This document shows positions 26,870 through 36,764 of a DNA stretch of 64,000 nucleotides, one piece after another. The stretch is from Candidatus Thermosaccharophagus tengchongensis. GTDB lineage: Bacteria > Armatimonadota > Fervidibacteria > Fervidibacterales > Thermosaccharophagaceae. The stretch is taken from NCBI GenBank assembly GCA_032161105.1, contig JAVHTD010000014.1. One strand, given 5' to 3'. A program made the translations under genes and the position numbers. The notes below the pieces were generated by a model that was not told the DNA's origin, did not search any database, and saw only the letters and a list, made by a program, of their open reading frames with translations. How positions within the stretch are numbered: the first letter of the stretch is position 1; every line of letters begins with the position of its first letter.

Positions 26870-27925
26870 GTGAAGTGCATTCGTAAGATTCTGTGGGTGG
26901 TGCTTGCGTGCTTTGTGATGGCTCGTTCAGCAGCTCATGCTGCGGAAGTTCAGCTGATTGAGTTTGGACGCCATCAAAAGGGGCTCTTGCGGGTTGGTGC
27001 AGGCATACATCGCGTTGAGATGGTTGGCACAAAGGCGCTTCGCATAAGCTTCTCTAACGCAAGCAACATGGGGCGATTCTTCGGGATTGAAGTGAGTGTT
27101 AAGCCAGCAAACCAACAGTTCAAATCCCTTGTGGCAGTCTATCGCTTCACTCTCACTAACGGCAAGCCGCCGAGGCTTTGCTTTGTAGCATTTGATGCCG
27201 CGGACAACTCATGGTTCAAGAGCGCACAACCAATCTCTCCGACGGACGAACCTAAGGAGGCGCGCCTTTCACTTGCTGGTTTTAATCCGACTGCGTTCAC
27301 TCGGAATGCTGATGTGCCCTTTTCTATCGGCAGGATTCAGCGGCTTTGGGCTGGGTTTATTGCTGACGGCGGCTCATCTGGCGTGATTGAGCTTTACAAG
27401 CTCTCGTTGAGTGATGAACCATACAAGCCGACGCAACCGATAACGATACAGCTAACTGGCAATTGGAGGCTCATTAAAGACCCAGCTGTCGTAGGGCAAC
27501 TTGCGTTGGTGCGTGAGGGCACTCCACCAAAGCAGTGCATGAGATTTGAGTTCACATTTCCCATCGGCAGGCATATGTATGCGCTGCCAGTCATACCGAT
27601 TTATGATGTCAACCTTGCCGAGTATAGCGCATTGCAATTCACATACAGGGCTAAGTTGCCAGAGGGAATAAACGGGTTGCTCATTTGCCTTTGGGAAAGC
27701 GATGGCTCGCAGTATTATGCTGAACCAGCTCCGCCACCAAGCTCAGATTGGCACACTGTCACAATACCATTCTCCGCTTTCAAGCTTGGCGGATGGTCAA
27801 AGGATGAGAATGAACGCCTTGACTTGGAGCAAGTGGACAACATCGTCATAGGTGTTCACGGAACGGCGAAAGGAAAAGATGGCACCGGTTTCATCATTGC
27901 CTGCGACTTAAATTTTGTTCCGTAA
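26870..27925 (+). CDS. Secreted protein with two carbohydrate-binding-like (CBM11/CIA30-type) beta-sandwich domains
   Basis: Signal peptide ending AHA-A, strong RBS AGGAGG, and motifs 'ESDGSQY..WHTVTIPFSAFKLGGWSKDENERLDLEQV..I.IG'. Confidence 0.6.
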   Translation: MKCIRKILWVVLACFVMARSAAHAAEVQLIEFGRHQKGLLRVGAGIHRVEMVGTKALRISFSNASNMGRFFGIEVSVKPANQQFKSLVAVYRFTLTNGKPPRLCFVAFDAADNSWFKSAQPISPTDEPKEARLSLAGFNPTAFTRNADVPFSIGRIQRLWAGFIADGGSSGVIELYKLSLSDEPYKPTQPITIQLTGNWRLIKDPAVVGQLALVREGTPPKQCMRFEFTFPIGRHMYALPVIPIYDVNLAEYSALQFTYRAKLPEGINGLLICLWESDGSQYYAEPAPPPSSDWHTVTIPFSAFKLGGWSKDENERLDLEQVDNIVIGVHGTAKGKDGTGFIIACDLNFVP

Positions 27926-28053
27926 GCTCACAGGTTATGTTTGCCGGCGAAAGCACCGCATCGTTTGGGGATGTCACATAATCAAGGCATTCAATATTCG
28001 CGGCTGAAGCTGTTTCCCACTTCTGTTCGTTCATCATCGGCGGGTGATATTTC

Positions 28054-29181
28054 ATGGGCACAGCATATACGCCGGGATTAATCGTCACAAGTGACACACT
28101 CATCCGAAAGGAACGCAGGCTACCCGTGAAAGGCAAAGTGCTCGTCAAAGTCGGAGACAATGTCTCTCCGACCGATGTAATTGCGCAGGCTGAACTGCTC
28201 GGTCCATTAACAACTGTGCGTGTTGCTGACAGGCTCGGAATAGAACCGAGGATGCTCCCGCAAGTGATGAGAAAACAGGTTGGTGAGAGTGTCCGAAGTG
28301 GTGAAGTGCTTGCCGAAACGAAATCATTCTTCGGCTTACTGAAGGCGCGTGTTGAAAGTCCGGTTGATGGCACGGTTGAATTCATTTCGGATGTGACGGG
28401 CAATGTCGGCATAAGGCATCCTCCAACGCCAGTTCAAGTCCTCGCTTACATCCGTGGTATAGTGACCGATGTAATTGAGGACGAGGGAGGGATTGTGGAG
28501 ACAAGGGGGGCACTCATTCAGGGCATCTTCGGCATCGGTGGCGAAGCTGTTGGCGAAATAGCCATTATTGCAGATTCACCAGATGAAGATGTTAAGCCAT
28601 CAAAGCTTGAAGATGGTCATCGCGGCAAGGTGTTAGTCTGTGGGGCTGTCGCAAGATATGAATTTTTGATGGCGGCACAAGAGGTTGGTGCAGTTGGGGT
28701 CGTCACCGGCGGCATACTTGATTCCGACTTGGCGAGGTTGCTCGGTTATGAGATTGGAGTGGCGATAACGGGGCAGGAGGAAGTTGGGTTCACACTCATT
28801 GTCACAGAGGGCTTTGGAGTTATGCCAATGGCAAGACGCACATTTGAGTTGCTCTGCTCGCTGTCTGGCATGGAGGCTTCCATAAGCGGGGTCACTCAAA
28901 TACGGGCTGGCGTCATACGACCGGAAATCATTGTGCCCATGAGGTCAAATGAGACAACGCCGCCAAAGCCGTCAAAGGTTGCAATGGGAATACTTGAAGT
29001 CGGAAGCAGGGTGCGCATCATACGAGAGCCCTTCTTCGGCAAGTTAGCCACTGTCGTTGAGTTGCCACCAGAACCACGGGTCATTGAGACCGGCTCAAGG
29101 GTGAGGGTGCTAAAAGCGAGGCTTGACGACGGAACAATAGTCACAATCCCGAGGGCGAATGTTGAATTGATTGAGGAGTGA
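28054..29181 (+). CDS. Conserved hypothetical protein with barrel-sandwich/lipoyl-like N-terminal repeats and a C-terminal KOW-like motif
   Basis: 'VLVKVGDNVSPTDVIA', 'KQVGESVRSGEVLA..SPVDGTV' and 'LEVGSRVRIIREPFFGKLATV'. The stop overlaps the next start (GTGA). Confidence 0.7.
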   Translation: MGTAYTPGLIVTSDTLIRKERRLPVKGKVLVKVGDNVSPTDVIAQAELLGPLTTVRVADRLGIEPRMLPQVMRKQVGESVRSGEVLAETKSFFGLLKARVESPVDGTVEFISDVTGNVGIRHPPTPVQVLAYIRGIVTDVIEDEGGIVETRGALIQGIFGIGGEAVGEIAIIADSPDEDVKPSKLEDGHRGKVLVCGAVARYEFLMAAQEVGAVGVVTGGILDSDLARLLGYEIGVAITGQEEVGFTLIVTEGFGVMPMARRTFELLCSLSGMEASISGVTQIRAGVIRPEIIVPMRSNETTPPKPSKVAMGILEVGSRVRIIREPFFGKLATVVELPPEPRVIETGSRVRVLKARLDDGTIVTIPRANVELIEE

Positions 29182-30332
29182 TCCGCATGGGCGTTTCATT
29201 AGCTCCGCGAAGCGAAGCAAAGTTGACGCAACATTCAGTCGGCGGGAGGGCGTCAAGGGTGGCAGTGCTGCGGACAAGCCCGGAGAGAGTCATTGAAGAC
29301 TACGGGAGATTGATGCGCATGCTTGATTACGCGGCAGTGCTGCCCAAGGACTGTGGCACGATTTTGAAGATCAACATCAGCTGGCATTACTTCTTCCCGG
29401 CATGCTCAACTACGCCATGGCAGCTTGAGGGCGTCATCAAGACGATGATTGAGGATGGTTACAAACCCGAAAGTTTGGTGGCGGCGCAAAACCGCACAGT
29501 TGTGGTGAACCCGGAAGTTGGTGCAATAGCCAACAAGCACAATCCAGTGCTTGAAAAATACGGTGTGCGCACTGTGTGGCTTTATAAACCGAGCGTTGAA
29601 TGGGTTGTCTACGAGCCGAAGGGGAAGATGCTCGTGCTTGACAGGATATTCCCGGATGGAATCACGATACCGAAGTTCTTCATCGGCATGAATGCCATTC
29701 ACCTTCCGACCCTCAAGACGCATGTCTTCACCACAACCACTGGTGCAATGAAAAACGCCTTTGGCGGGCTGTTGCGTGAGAACAGGCATTGGTGTCACGC
29801 TCACATACATGAATCGCTCGTTGACTTGCTCACCATACAGAAGGAGATCCACCCGGGCTTGTTCGCCGTTATGGATGGGACATTTGCCGGCAATGGTGCT
29901 GGTCCAAGGGCTATGCAGCCAGTCGTGGCAAACTTGATTCTGGCAAGCGATGACATGGTTGCAATTGATGCAGTGGCAGCTAAGCTGATGGGCTTTGACC
30001 CGCTCTCAATCGGCTACATTCGTCTGGCACATGAGCTTGGGCTTGGCTGTGGCGATGTCCGTGAGATTGAGATACTCGGAGACGACATAAGCGGCATCAA
30101 CCTCGGCTTCTCAGTTGGTGACACATTTGCGAGCAAGGGACAAAAGGCAATTTATTGGGGTCCGTTAAAGCCGCTTGAGAGGGTTCTATTGCGCTCACCG
30201 ATTGTCCCGTGGAGTTATCTCGCCTCACGCCTTTACTACGACATATACTGGTATCACTTCGTCGGCTCAAAGCGGGTCAAAGAGATGATGAAGACGGGTT
30301 GGGGACAGCTATTCCTAAGCTATGGGCGGTGA
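29178..30332 (+). CDS. DUF362 family (putative Fe-S/metal-binding) protein
   Basis: ILKINISW..STTPWQLEG, HLPTLKTH..TTTTGAMKNAFGGL, AVMDGT..G.G.GP, ILASDD.VAIDAVAAKLMGFDP. Confidence 0.85.
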   Translation: MIRMGVSLAPRSEAKLTQHSVGGRASRVAVLRTSPERVIEDYGRLMRMLDYAAVLPKDCGTILKINISWHYFFPACSTTPWQLEGVIKTMIEDGYKPESLVAAQNRTVVVNPEVGAIANKHNPVLEKYGVRTVWLYKPSVEWVVYEPKGKMLVLDRIFPDGITIPKFFIGMNAIHLPTLKTHVFTTTTGAMKNAFGGLLRENRHWCHAHIHESLVDLLTIQKEIHPGLFAVMDGTFAGNGAGPRAMQPVVANLILASDDMVAIDAVAAKLMGFDPLSIGYIRLAHELGLGCGDVREIEILGDDISGINLGFSVGDTFASKGQKAIYWGPLKPLERVLLRSPIVPWSYLASRLYYDIYWYHFVGSKRVKEMMKTGWGQLFLSYGR

Positions 30333-31206
30333 GCATGTTTTGGGTGCGGTTCATGCGATGCTCAACTCTCGGCTTCAAATAATTTTCGTTTTGTTCGCTT
30401 TCGTCGTTGGGGCTTGCTTTGGCAGCTTCGCCAATGTGTGCATCTACAGGCTGCCGAGGAGAATGAGCATCCTTCACCCGCCATCGCACTGCGCATTCTG
30501 TGGGACGACATTGCGCTGGTATGACCTCATACCGATCCTGAGCATTGTCCTGCTGCTCGGCAAGTGCCGATATTGCAAATACCCGATTGGCTACAGGCAT
30601 TTCTTCGTTGAGCTGCTTTGTGCGCTTTCATTTGCGGTTTCATTTTGGCGCTATGGGATGACGGTTCACAGCCTAATTGTGGCGATGACTCTTGTTGGGC
30701 TCATCGTTGCCTTCTTCATTGACTACGATTGGTATCTCATCCCAGACGAAGTCCCGATGGCGATCGGTGTGCTCGGATTAATTGATGCGCTCATAGCATC
30801 ACTGCATCAGCGCTTGTTCTCACCGATGCACGGAGCTGGGATGCATGTCACGCTTTCGGGCGCCATCATGGGCATGCTTGTTGGGGCGCTCGCTTTATGG
30901 CTCATTAGGAAACTTGGCACGCTCATATTTCGCAAGGAGGCAATGGGGCTCGGCGATGTGAAATTCACAGCCGCAATCAGTTTGCACTTGGGTCTGTCAT
31001 GGACATTGCTCGGCTATTTCCTTATAGCGATAATGGTTGGCGCTGTCGTCGGCATCGCCATCTTGCTCACGATGAGGGGACGCACACACCACTACATTCC
31101 CTTTGGTCCATTCCTGTCAATTGCGGCTTCCATCTGTCTGCTGTTTCCCGAGGCAGTGAGCCATGTTATGCGGAGCATCTACGGGTTGCAACCAATCTAC
31201 CTTTGA
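30322..31206 (+). CDS. pilD: Prepilin peptidase / N-methyltransferase (peptidase A24)
   Basis: GACFGSFANVCIYRLP, S.C..C and GKCRYC zinc motifs, catalytic Asp in FFIDYD and MGLGDVK, IPFGPFL. An alternative start at 30358 is possible. Confidence 0.92.
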   Translation: MGGEHVLGAVHAMLNSRLQIIFVLFAFVVGACFGSFANVCIYRLPRRMSILHPPSHCAFCGTTLRWYDLIPILSIVLLLGKCRYCKYPIGYRHFFVELLCALSFAVSFWRYGMTVHSLIVAMTLVGLIVAFFIDYDWYLIPDEVPMAIGVLGLIDALIASLHQRLFSPMHGAGMHVTLSGAIMGMLVGALALWLIRKLGTLIFRKEAMGLGDVKFTAAISLHLGLSWTLLGYFLIAIMVGAVVGIAILLTMRGRTHHYIPFGPFLSIAASICLLFPEAVSHVMRSIYGLQPIYL

Positions 31207-31284
31207 TGCCATTTGAGGCTGGCGGGAAGCTGCTCGCAATAGATGGAGCGGGCAGATGTCATCTGACCCTGCGGAAGATCGCCA

Positions 31285-32397
31285 ATGCGTAAGCCCTTGG
31301 TGATGAAGATGGGTGAATGCGCTCACTGCAAAAAGCGCTCACGCACAATATCGTCCTCTCTATCCCTTTGCGCTGACTGCATCAAGGAGCACTATGACGA
31401 GGTCAAGCCGTTAATTGAACAAGCGCACGCATCGGCAAGAAAGCCATTCTCTCTTCCGCAGGCACCACCAAAGACAAGCGAGGGGAGGTTATGCAACATA
31501 TGCCACAATGAGTGCATCCTGAGGGGCAACGAACTGGGTTACTGTGGATTGAGCTTTGGCGGGAGGAGACTTGCGAGTGTGTCATGGTATGATGACCCGC
31601 TCCCGACAAATTGCGTTGCGACTTGGGTTTGCCCAGCGGGCACAGGTGTTGGCTACCCAGATTTCGCATACAGGGACGGTCCTGAGTATGGCTATTTCAA
31701 CCTTGCCGTGTTCTATCATGCGTGCACATTTGATTGCCTCTTCTGCCAGAACTGGCATTTTAAGCGCATGACGCATACATCGCGCCCTGTCTCGCCAGAG
31801 GAGCTTGCCTCGCAAGTCCACAAGCGCATTGCATGCATATGCTACTTCGGCGGTGACCCAACACCGTTCCTTCCACATGCGCTTAATGCTTCAAGGGTCG
31901 CCCTTAAGAATAAGCCAAACAGGATTTTGCGAATCTGTTGGGAGACGAATGGGAGTGCTCATCCGAAGTTGATGCGCCAAATGGTTGAGTTGTCGCTTGA
32001 CTCGGGCGGATGCGTGAAGTTTGACCTTAAGGCATGGGATGAGAAGCTGCACATTGCGCTATGCGGCGTGAGCAACAGGCGCACGCTTGAAAACTTTGCC
32101 ATGGTGGCGACTGAATATCTGCCAAAGCGGCATGAGCCGCCATTGCTCATAGCGAGCACATTGCTCGTGCCCGGATATGTGGATGAGGATCAAGTTGCGC
32201 AGATAGCCAAGTTCATAGCCAGCCTCAACCCAGACATACCATATAGCCTGCTCGCCTTCGCGCCGCAATTTTACATGAGTGACTTACCGACCACATCACG
32301 AACGCACGCCATGCGCTGCCTTGAAGCTGCAAAGGCAGCTGGGTTAACAAGGGTTCACATCGGCAATGTGCACCTTTTGGGGAGCGCCTATCATTAG
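31285..32397 (+). CDS. Radical SAM protein, PFL-activating-enzyme-like, with N-terminal Cys-rich zinc motifs
   Basis: CTFDCLFCQNW (CxxxCxxC), FGGDP, WETNG, KFDLKAWD, and N-terminal CAHC/CADC/CNICHNEC. Confidence 0.88.
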   Translation: MRKPLVMKMGECAHCKKRSRTISSSLSLCADCIKEHYDEVKPLIEQAHASARKPFSLPQAPPKTSEGRLCNICHNECILRGNELGYCGLSFGGRRLASVSWYDDPLPTNCVATWVCPAGTGVGYPDFAYRDGPEYGYFNLAVFYHACTFDCLFCQNWHFKRMTHTSRPVSPEELASQVHKRIACICYFGGDPTPFLPHALNASRVALKNKPNRILRICWETNGSAHPKLMRQMVELSLDSGGCVKFDLKAWDEKLHIALCGVSNRRTLENFAMVATEYLPKRHEPPLLIASTLLVPGYVDEDQVAQIAKFIASLNPDIPYSLLAFAPQFYMSDLPTTSRTHAMRCLEAAKAAGLTRVHIGNVHLLGSAYH

Positions 32398-32484
32398 CGG
32401 TCATGTGGTCATTGCATGGACATAAAGCCACCTCACTGCTCCATAGGAAGGTGACACTTCATATGTCGCTTCGTTAGCCACGCT

Positions 32485-35073
32485 TTATCGCGCCTTTTTC
32501 ATTGCCGCTTCAAGCTGCTCAAGAGTTTCAAGCACTTCCCTGTGGCGTTCCTCATACACCTTTGGGTCCTCAGCAAACTGATTTGGCGCTTTGATTATGT
32601 CGCTTGCGTCAATCAGGCGGCGCGCCTTAACAACGACCGATTGAAGCTTGCTCAGAAGCTTTGCATCGGATGCAACCTGCTTAAGCTTCCCATTGAGCAT
32701 GCATAGCAGGTCGTAATCCTCAATTCCATCCCTGAACAGCTCCGCGCGAATTGACGGAAGTGGGTCGCCGAGCTTCTTGTCCGGGTAGAAGAGGAAACCA
32801 TCGCCATTGCCTCCGGGGTATCCAGTGGCGTCCTCAAACAGGTCAAGTGGCTTACCCTTGGCATCCGTCCAGTAGTTGACACTCCAATAGAGGAAGCCAT
32901 CGCAATTGTAACGCCAAAGCCACCACCCAATTGCACGGTGCGAGACGCCGGTCCAATCAATCCGCCATATGTCTGGGTATGTGGAGCCGCATGTGCTGAT
33001 GCAAACATACATCCACACTTGCTCCCCTTTTGCTTTGCGCTCGTTGAGGAAGGGCTCATCAAAGCAATCAATGTGTGGAACCCAAATCCCGATGCTGCCG
33101 GCGAGCTTGCGATATGCGGCTCCATCGGGAGTTGGCTTGTGCGTCCTAAATGAGCCGGTTGCGCCATAGCCGGCGGTCAGCAGGATGAGCAAGTTAGGCG
33201 CATGCTCGTGAACGAACTTACATAGCTCGTTGATTTCGTCAAACGCTTTTTCCGACGGCTCGTCAAACACATAGAAGTAAAACCTGTCACTCCAACCGCG
33301 CTCCTTCAAATGCTCGCCGAGCAAGCGCAGCTTCGCTGCAACATCCTTTTGCTCCTCCTTCGGTGGTGGCTTTGTGCCCCAGCGCAGTATGCCCCATATG
33401 GAGAATGCCGTTGCACCTCTTTCCATCCACTTGATCACTTCCCTGTCAAACTCATCCCATTTGGCTTCCCAAGACCCATCGGGACGCTTTGCAAATACCT
33501 TATCCCATGGCAGCGGTGGTGGTGGCGTGAACCTGTATCGCATGCAAGTCTCATAAAAGCGCATTCGGCGCTCATCCGTCCATGCATCGCCATAAACTTG
33601 CTTGGCTTTGTGATCCCATATGAGCACGCAGCTGCGAAGGAAACTATGCTTTGGCAGGGCGACATCGTAAATGCGAGCCTTGATTGGCACGACTTGCTTT
33701 GTTGCGTTCCCGGGAAGGATGACCACCTCGCCAGAATACTCGCCGGCTATCGCGTCCTCGGGAACCCGAAGCGTAATCCAGACCGATTGCACATTGCCCT
33801 TCTTCACATCAAATGGTTGCATCGGCAAGAGCGCGTCCGGATATCTCCCCGGCACGCGGAAGCCATATGGCGTTGGCTTTTGCACTCCGACATATCCGAC
33901 AAGGCGCGCATCTGCAAAGAGCGCCCTGCCACTGGGACCAATTAACGGGCTGACATTGATGCGCACATTCTCAAGTTCCGCCTTCAACGGGGCAATGACA
34001 ATTTGAGCCGACTCAGCTTCGCCACGAGCGGCATGAATGATGATTTCCTTGCGCGGTTCCAATTGCGGCAGTTGGTCCTGACGCAACTTCAGCATCGGTG
34101 ATGGCACAAATATCGCATATGGCGCTCCTGAAGTCTCCATCAACTTCACCATGCTCACCTGCTCCTTAATGCGGTCCAAGTTGTGCTTCACTTCCAATGT
34201 GGATTGCCATTTGGATTCCGTTGTGCCGCTACTAAGCTTGCGCTCCCAATCCCTCAATGTCGCCTGCAACTTCCTTCCGTCTTCAGTTTTGCACTCTCTG
34301 GGCAGTTGCGAGAGTGTGTTTCGGACACGCATGAGCATCTCCTTGGCTTTCGTGCGCACGACACTTTGTGTTATGCTCACGGCAATGCCGAGCTTTGAGA
34401 TGCCCTCAAACTTTACCTCGCCAAATCTTTCAGGTTCGTGGAAGCCCTTAATGCACTCAGACCATGTTGTTAACTCTGGCGGAGTGACCGCATACCGCTC
34501 CCTTGCGAAGTTGATTCGCCATGTGTCGCTCAGCATCGGCAGAAGATTAAGCGATGACAGAGGTAGCTTTAACTCAACGCACCATGAGTCTGCGCTCTCT
34601 TTAGCTCCGACGATGACCTTGCTATCCCAGCGAACATCACTTGCTCCATCGCTCCAAAATTCATCACGCACAGTCCCAATGCTGTTGACGACGATGTGGT
34701 AGTAGCTGGTTGGATCTTCTGGGCATGGTGCAATGAAAACTTCAACGCAATCATCCCGCCATACTTCACCATCCTTTTCTTTGATGTTGTGGTGCAGCTG
34801 CGCCATCTGCGGTTCGTCGCACAGGAAGCCAAAGTAAATGGCATCGGATGTGAAGAGGACTCTCACGCTTGCCCTCGCGCTTGCCTTAGTCCCTTTTAAC
34901 GGTTGCGCTATTGCGAACTCAAAAGCTCCCTTCCACACATCCTCGCTAAGTGAGCCATCAATCTTTGGCATGCCCTTCACTTGCTTTATCACTGTGCCCT
35001 GTGTGATGACGACCTGCGCCAGAAGGAAAGCGCTTATTACCACGATGCACATCGTGAGCACTTTTGACCTCAT
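32485..35073 (-). CDS. Secreted CBM9-like + DUF4091 (GH123-like) glycoside hydrolase candidate
   Basis: Signal peptide and CBM9-like 'PKIDGSLSE..W..DGEVWRDDCVEVFI..W.VELKLP..WRINFAR'. Catalytic-type YVFDEP, WMYVC, GFLYW, GDGFLFYP and SIRAELFRDGIEDYD. Confidence 0.8.
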   Translation of the reverse strand: MRSKVLTMCIVVISAFLLAQVVITQGTVIKQVKGMPKIDGSLSEDVWKGAFEFAIAQPLKGTKASARASVRVLFTSDAIYFGFLCDEPQMAQLHHNIKEKDGEVWRDDCVEVFIAPCPEDPTSYYHIVVNSIGTVRDEFWSDGASDVRWDSKVIVGAKESADSWCVELKLPLSSLNLLPMLSDTWRINFARERYAVTPPELTTWSECIKGFHEPERFGEVKFEGISKLGIAVSITQSVVRTKAKEMLMRVRNTLSQLPRECKTEDGRKLQATLRDWERKLSSGTTESKWQSTLEVKHNLDRIKEQVSMVKLMETSGAPYAIFVPSPMLKLRQDQLPQLEPRKEIIIHAARGEAESAQIVIAPLKAELENVRINVSPLIGPSGRALFADARLVGYVGVQKPTPYGFRVPGRYPDALLPMQPFDVKKGNVQSVWITLRVPEDAIAGEYSGEVVILPGNATKQVVPIKARIYDVALPKHSFLRSCVLIWDHKAKQVYGDAWTDERRMRFYETCMRYRFTPPPPLPWDKVFAKRPDGSWEAKWDEFDREVIKWMERGATAFSIWGILRWGTKPPPKEEQKDVAAKLRLLGEHLKERGWSDRFYFYVFDEPSEKAFDEINELCKFVHEHAPNLLILLTAGYGATGSFRTHKPTPDGAAYRKLAGSIGIWVPHIDCFDEPFLNERKAKGEQVWMYVCISTCGSTYPDIWRIDWTGVSHRAIGWWLWRYNCDGFLYWSVNYWTDAKGKPLDLFEDATGYPGGNGDGFLFYPDKKLGDPLPSIRAELFRDGIEDYDLLCMLNGKLKQVASDAKLLSKLQSVVVKARRLIDASDIIKAPNQFAEDPKVYEERHREVLETLEQLEAAMKKAR

Positions 35074-35180
35074 AGCCCACCACCACGCGGAGTTGTAGTT
35101 GATTTGATGCCGAGCCCGATTTCATTTTATCGCCATGTGTGTTTGAGCGCAAAGTTGAAGCGCAGGGAGGACAGAAGGAG

Positions 35181-35387
35181 ATGGAGTGGCGAAGGAGGGA
35201 GCCATCACAACTCTTTTTGCCCGACCATCCCCAGCCTGTATCACACTGGCTTGAATTGGCGAAGGAGGAAGCTGTCAACCCGCAGGGCGGTGAGGTAAAC
35301 TTAGAGAAAGCGAGAAGAATCATAGAATGCAAGGCAGTAGACACTGCCAGAGGTGTGGATGAAGATGCAAATCTTGCACTTCGCTGA
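35181..35387 (+). CDS. Possible small hypothetical protein (68 aa) overlapping the sbcD start
   Basis: GGGAGG RBS about 10 nt before ATG 35181, protein-like composition, and a stop overlapping the sbcD 5' end. Confidence 0.35.
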   Translation: MEWRRREPSQLFLPDHPQPVSHWLELAKEEAVNPQGGEVNLEKARRIIECKAVDTARGVDEDANLALR

Positions 35388-36615
35388 TGCGCATATCGGC
35401 GTTGAGACGCACGGGAAGCTTGATTCATCAACTGGCTTGAATACACGCATTCTTGATTTTGTGCGGTGCTTGGAATTCATTGTGGACACAGCTATTGAGC
35501 GTCAAGTTGATGCAGTGCTCTTTGCAGGGGATGCATACGACTATGCGGTGCCAACACCAACTTACCAAAAGCTATTTGGAGCGCAAATAAAGCGTCTCTC
35601 AGATGCTGGCATACCAGTCGTGCTCATCGTCGGCAACCACGATATGCCAGTGTCATATGGAAGGGTGTCACCACTTGAACTTTTCAATGTGCTTGGTGTG
35701 CCATATGTCTATGTGGCTGCCAGACCAAAGGTGTTTAAGTTGATGACGCGCTCAGGATTGCTCCAAGTGGCATGTTTGCCCTACCCCAATAGGAGCATCT
35801 ATTTGGCGCGGGAAGAGAGCCGTTCCATGAGTGAGGAGGAGATTACAAAGCGCATTGAGGGCATTTGTAGCGACTGCATATCGGCTATGGCTAAGGAGCT
35901 TTCTCAGGATGCCCCATCGGTGCTGCTTGCGCACATAGCGATAATGGGCGCAACTTATTCAGGCTCTGAGCGAGTCGTCACATTGGGCATAGAGCCAAGC
36001 TTGATGCTTAGCGCCCTCGCTAAGCCACAATTCAAATATGTGGCTCTCGGACATATACACAGGCATCAGGATTTGAACCCACACAGCTTGCCGCATGTGG
36101 TTTACTCTGGCAGCATTGAGCGGTGCGATTTCGCCGAAGAGAATGAACCAAAGGGGTTCTGCATAGTGCGCATTGATGATGGCGAGTTTGAATTTATTGA
36201 GACGCCAGCAAGGCGGTTTGTCACCATAGATGTGAACTTGCACAGTTTTAGGGATCCAACTCAAGCGCTCATCAATGCTATATCGGAGCGCAATGTGAGG
36301 GATGCCATTGTGCGCATCAGATACAGTTGCACAGATGAACAGCAGGCAACCATTAATTGGAAAGCGATTGAACAAGCTCTCTCGGAAGCATTTAGGGTCG
36401 TGAGCGTGGTGAGGCAGGTTGAGAAGCAGCGCAGCCGCCCGAAAGCGGTGATAACCGAGCAAATGGACATAATTGAAGCGCTTCAGCGTTACATAGAGCA
36501 TAAGGACGAGCTGAAAGAGCTCAAGGACGAGTTGGTCAAATACACTCGGCAGCTTGAAGTGGAGCTTGAGAAGAGACGCGAGCGGTCACCCACAAAGAAT
36601 GTGTCTCATTTGTAG
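35359..36615 (+). CDS. sbcD: Exonuclease SbcD (Mre11-like metallophosphoesterase)
   Basis: ILHFADAHIG, FAGDAYD, VGNHD, LLAH, YVALGHIH, YSGSIER.DF.EE.EPKGF. Confidence 0.93.
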   Translation: MKMQILHFADAHIGVETHGKLDSSTGLNTRILDFVRCLEFIVDTAIERQVDAVLFAGDAYDYAVPTPTYQKLFGAQIKRLSDAGIPVVLIVGNHDMPVSYGRVSPLELFNVLGVPYVYVAARPKVFKLMTRSGLLQVACLPYPNRSIYLAREESRSMSEEEITKRIEGICSDCISAMAKELSQDAPSVLLAHIAIMGATYSGSERVVTLGIEPSLMLSALAKPQFKYVALGHIHRHQDLNPHSLPHVVYSGSIERCDFAEENEPKGFCIVRIDDGEFEFIETPARRFVTIDVNLHSFRDPTQALINAISERNVRDAIVRIRYSCTDEQQATINWKAIEQALSEAFRVVSVVRQVEKQRSRPKAVITEQMDIIEALQRYIEHKDELKELKDELVKYTRQLEVELEKRRERSPTKNVSHL

Positions 36616-36764
36616 GGATGGTTTTGCCATGAGCAGCTCTATCCAAAGATGGTTTTTGGTTTCCAAGGGCTCAACAAATGCCGTGTAAAAGGTTTAACCA
36701 TCTGCTGATACGGGCTTTAGCTCCAAACCAATCGCCCCTCCACTCTCAAGCATAGTTGTGGAGG

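Noticed and set aside
36729..36740. 12-nt match CAATCGCCCCTC shared with 41247-41258
   Set aside because: Too short to exceed chance, with no flanking similarity.
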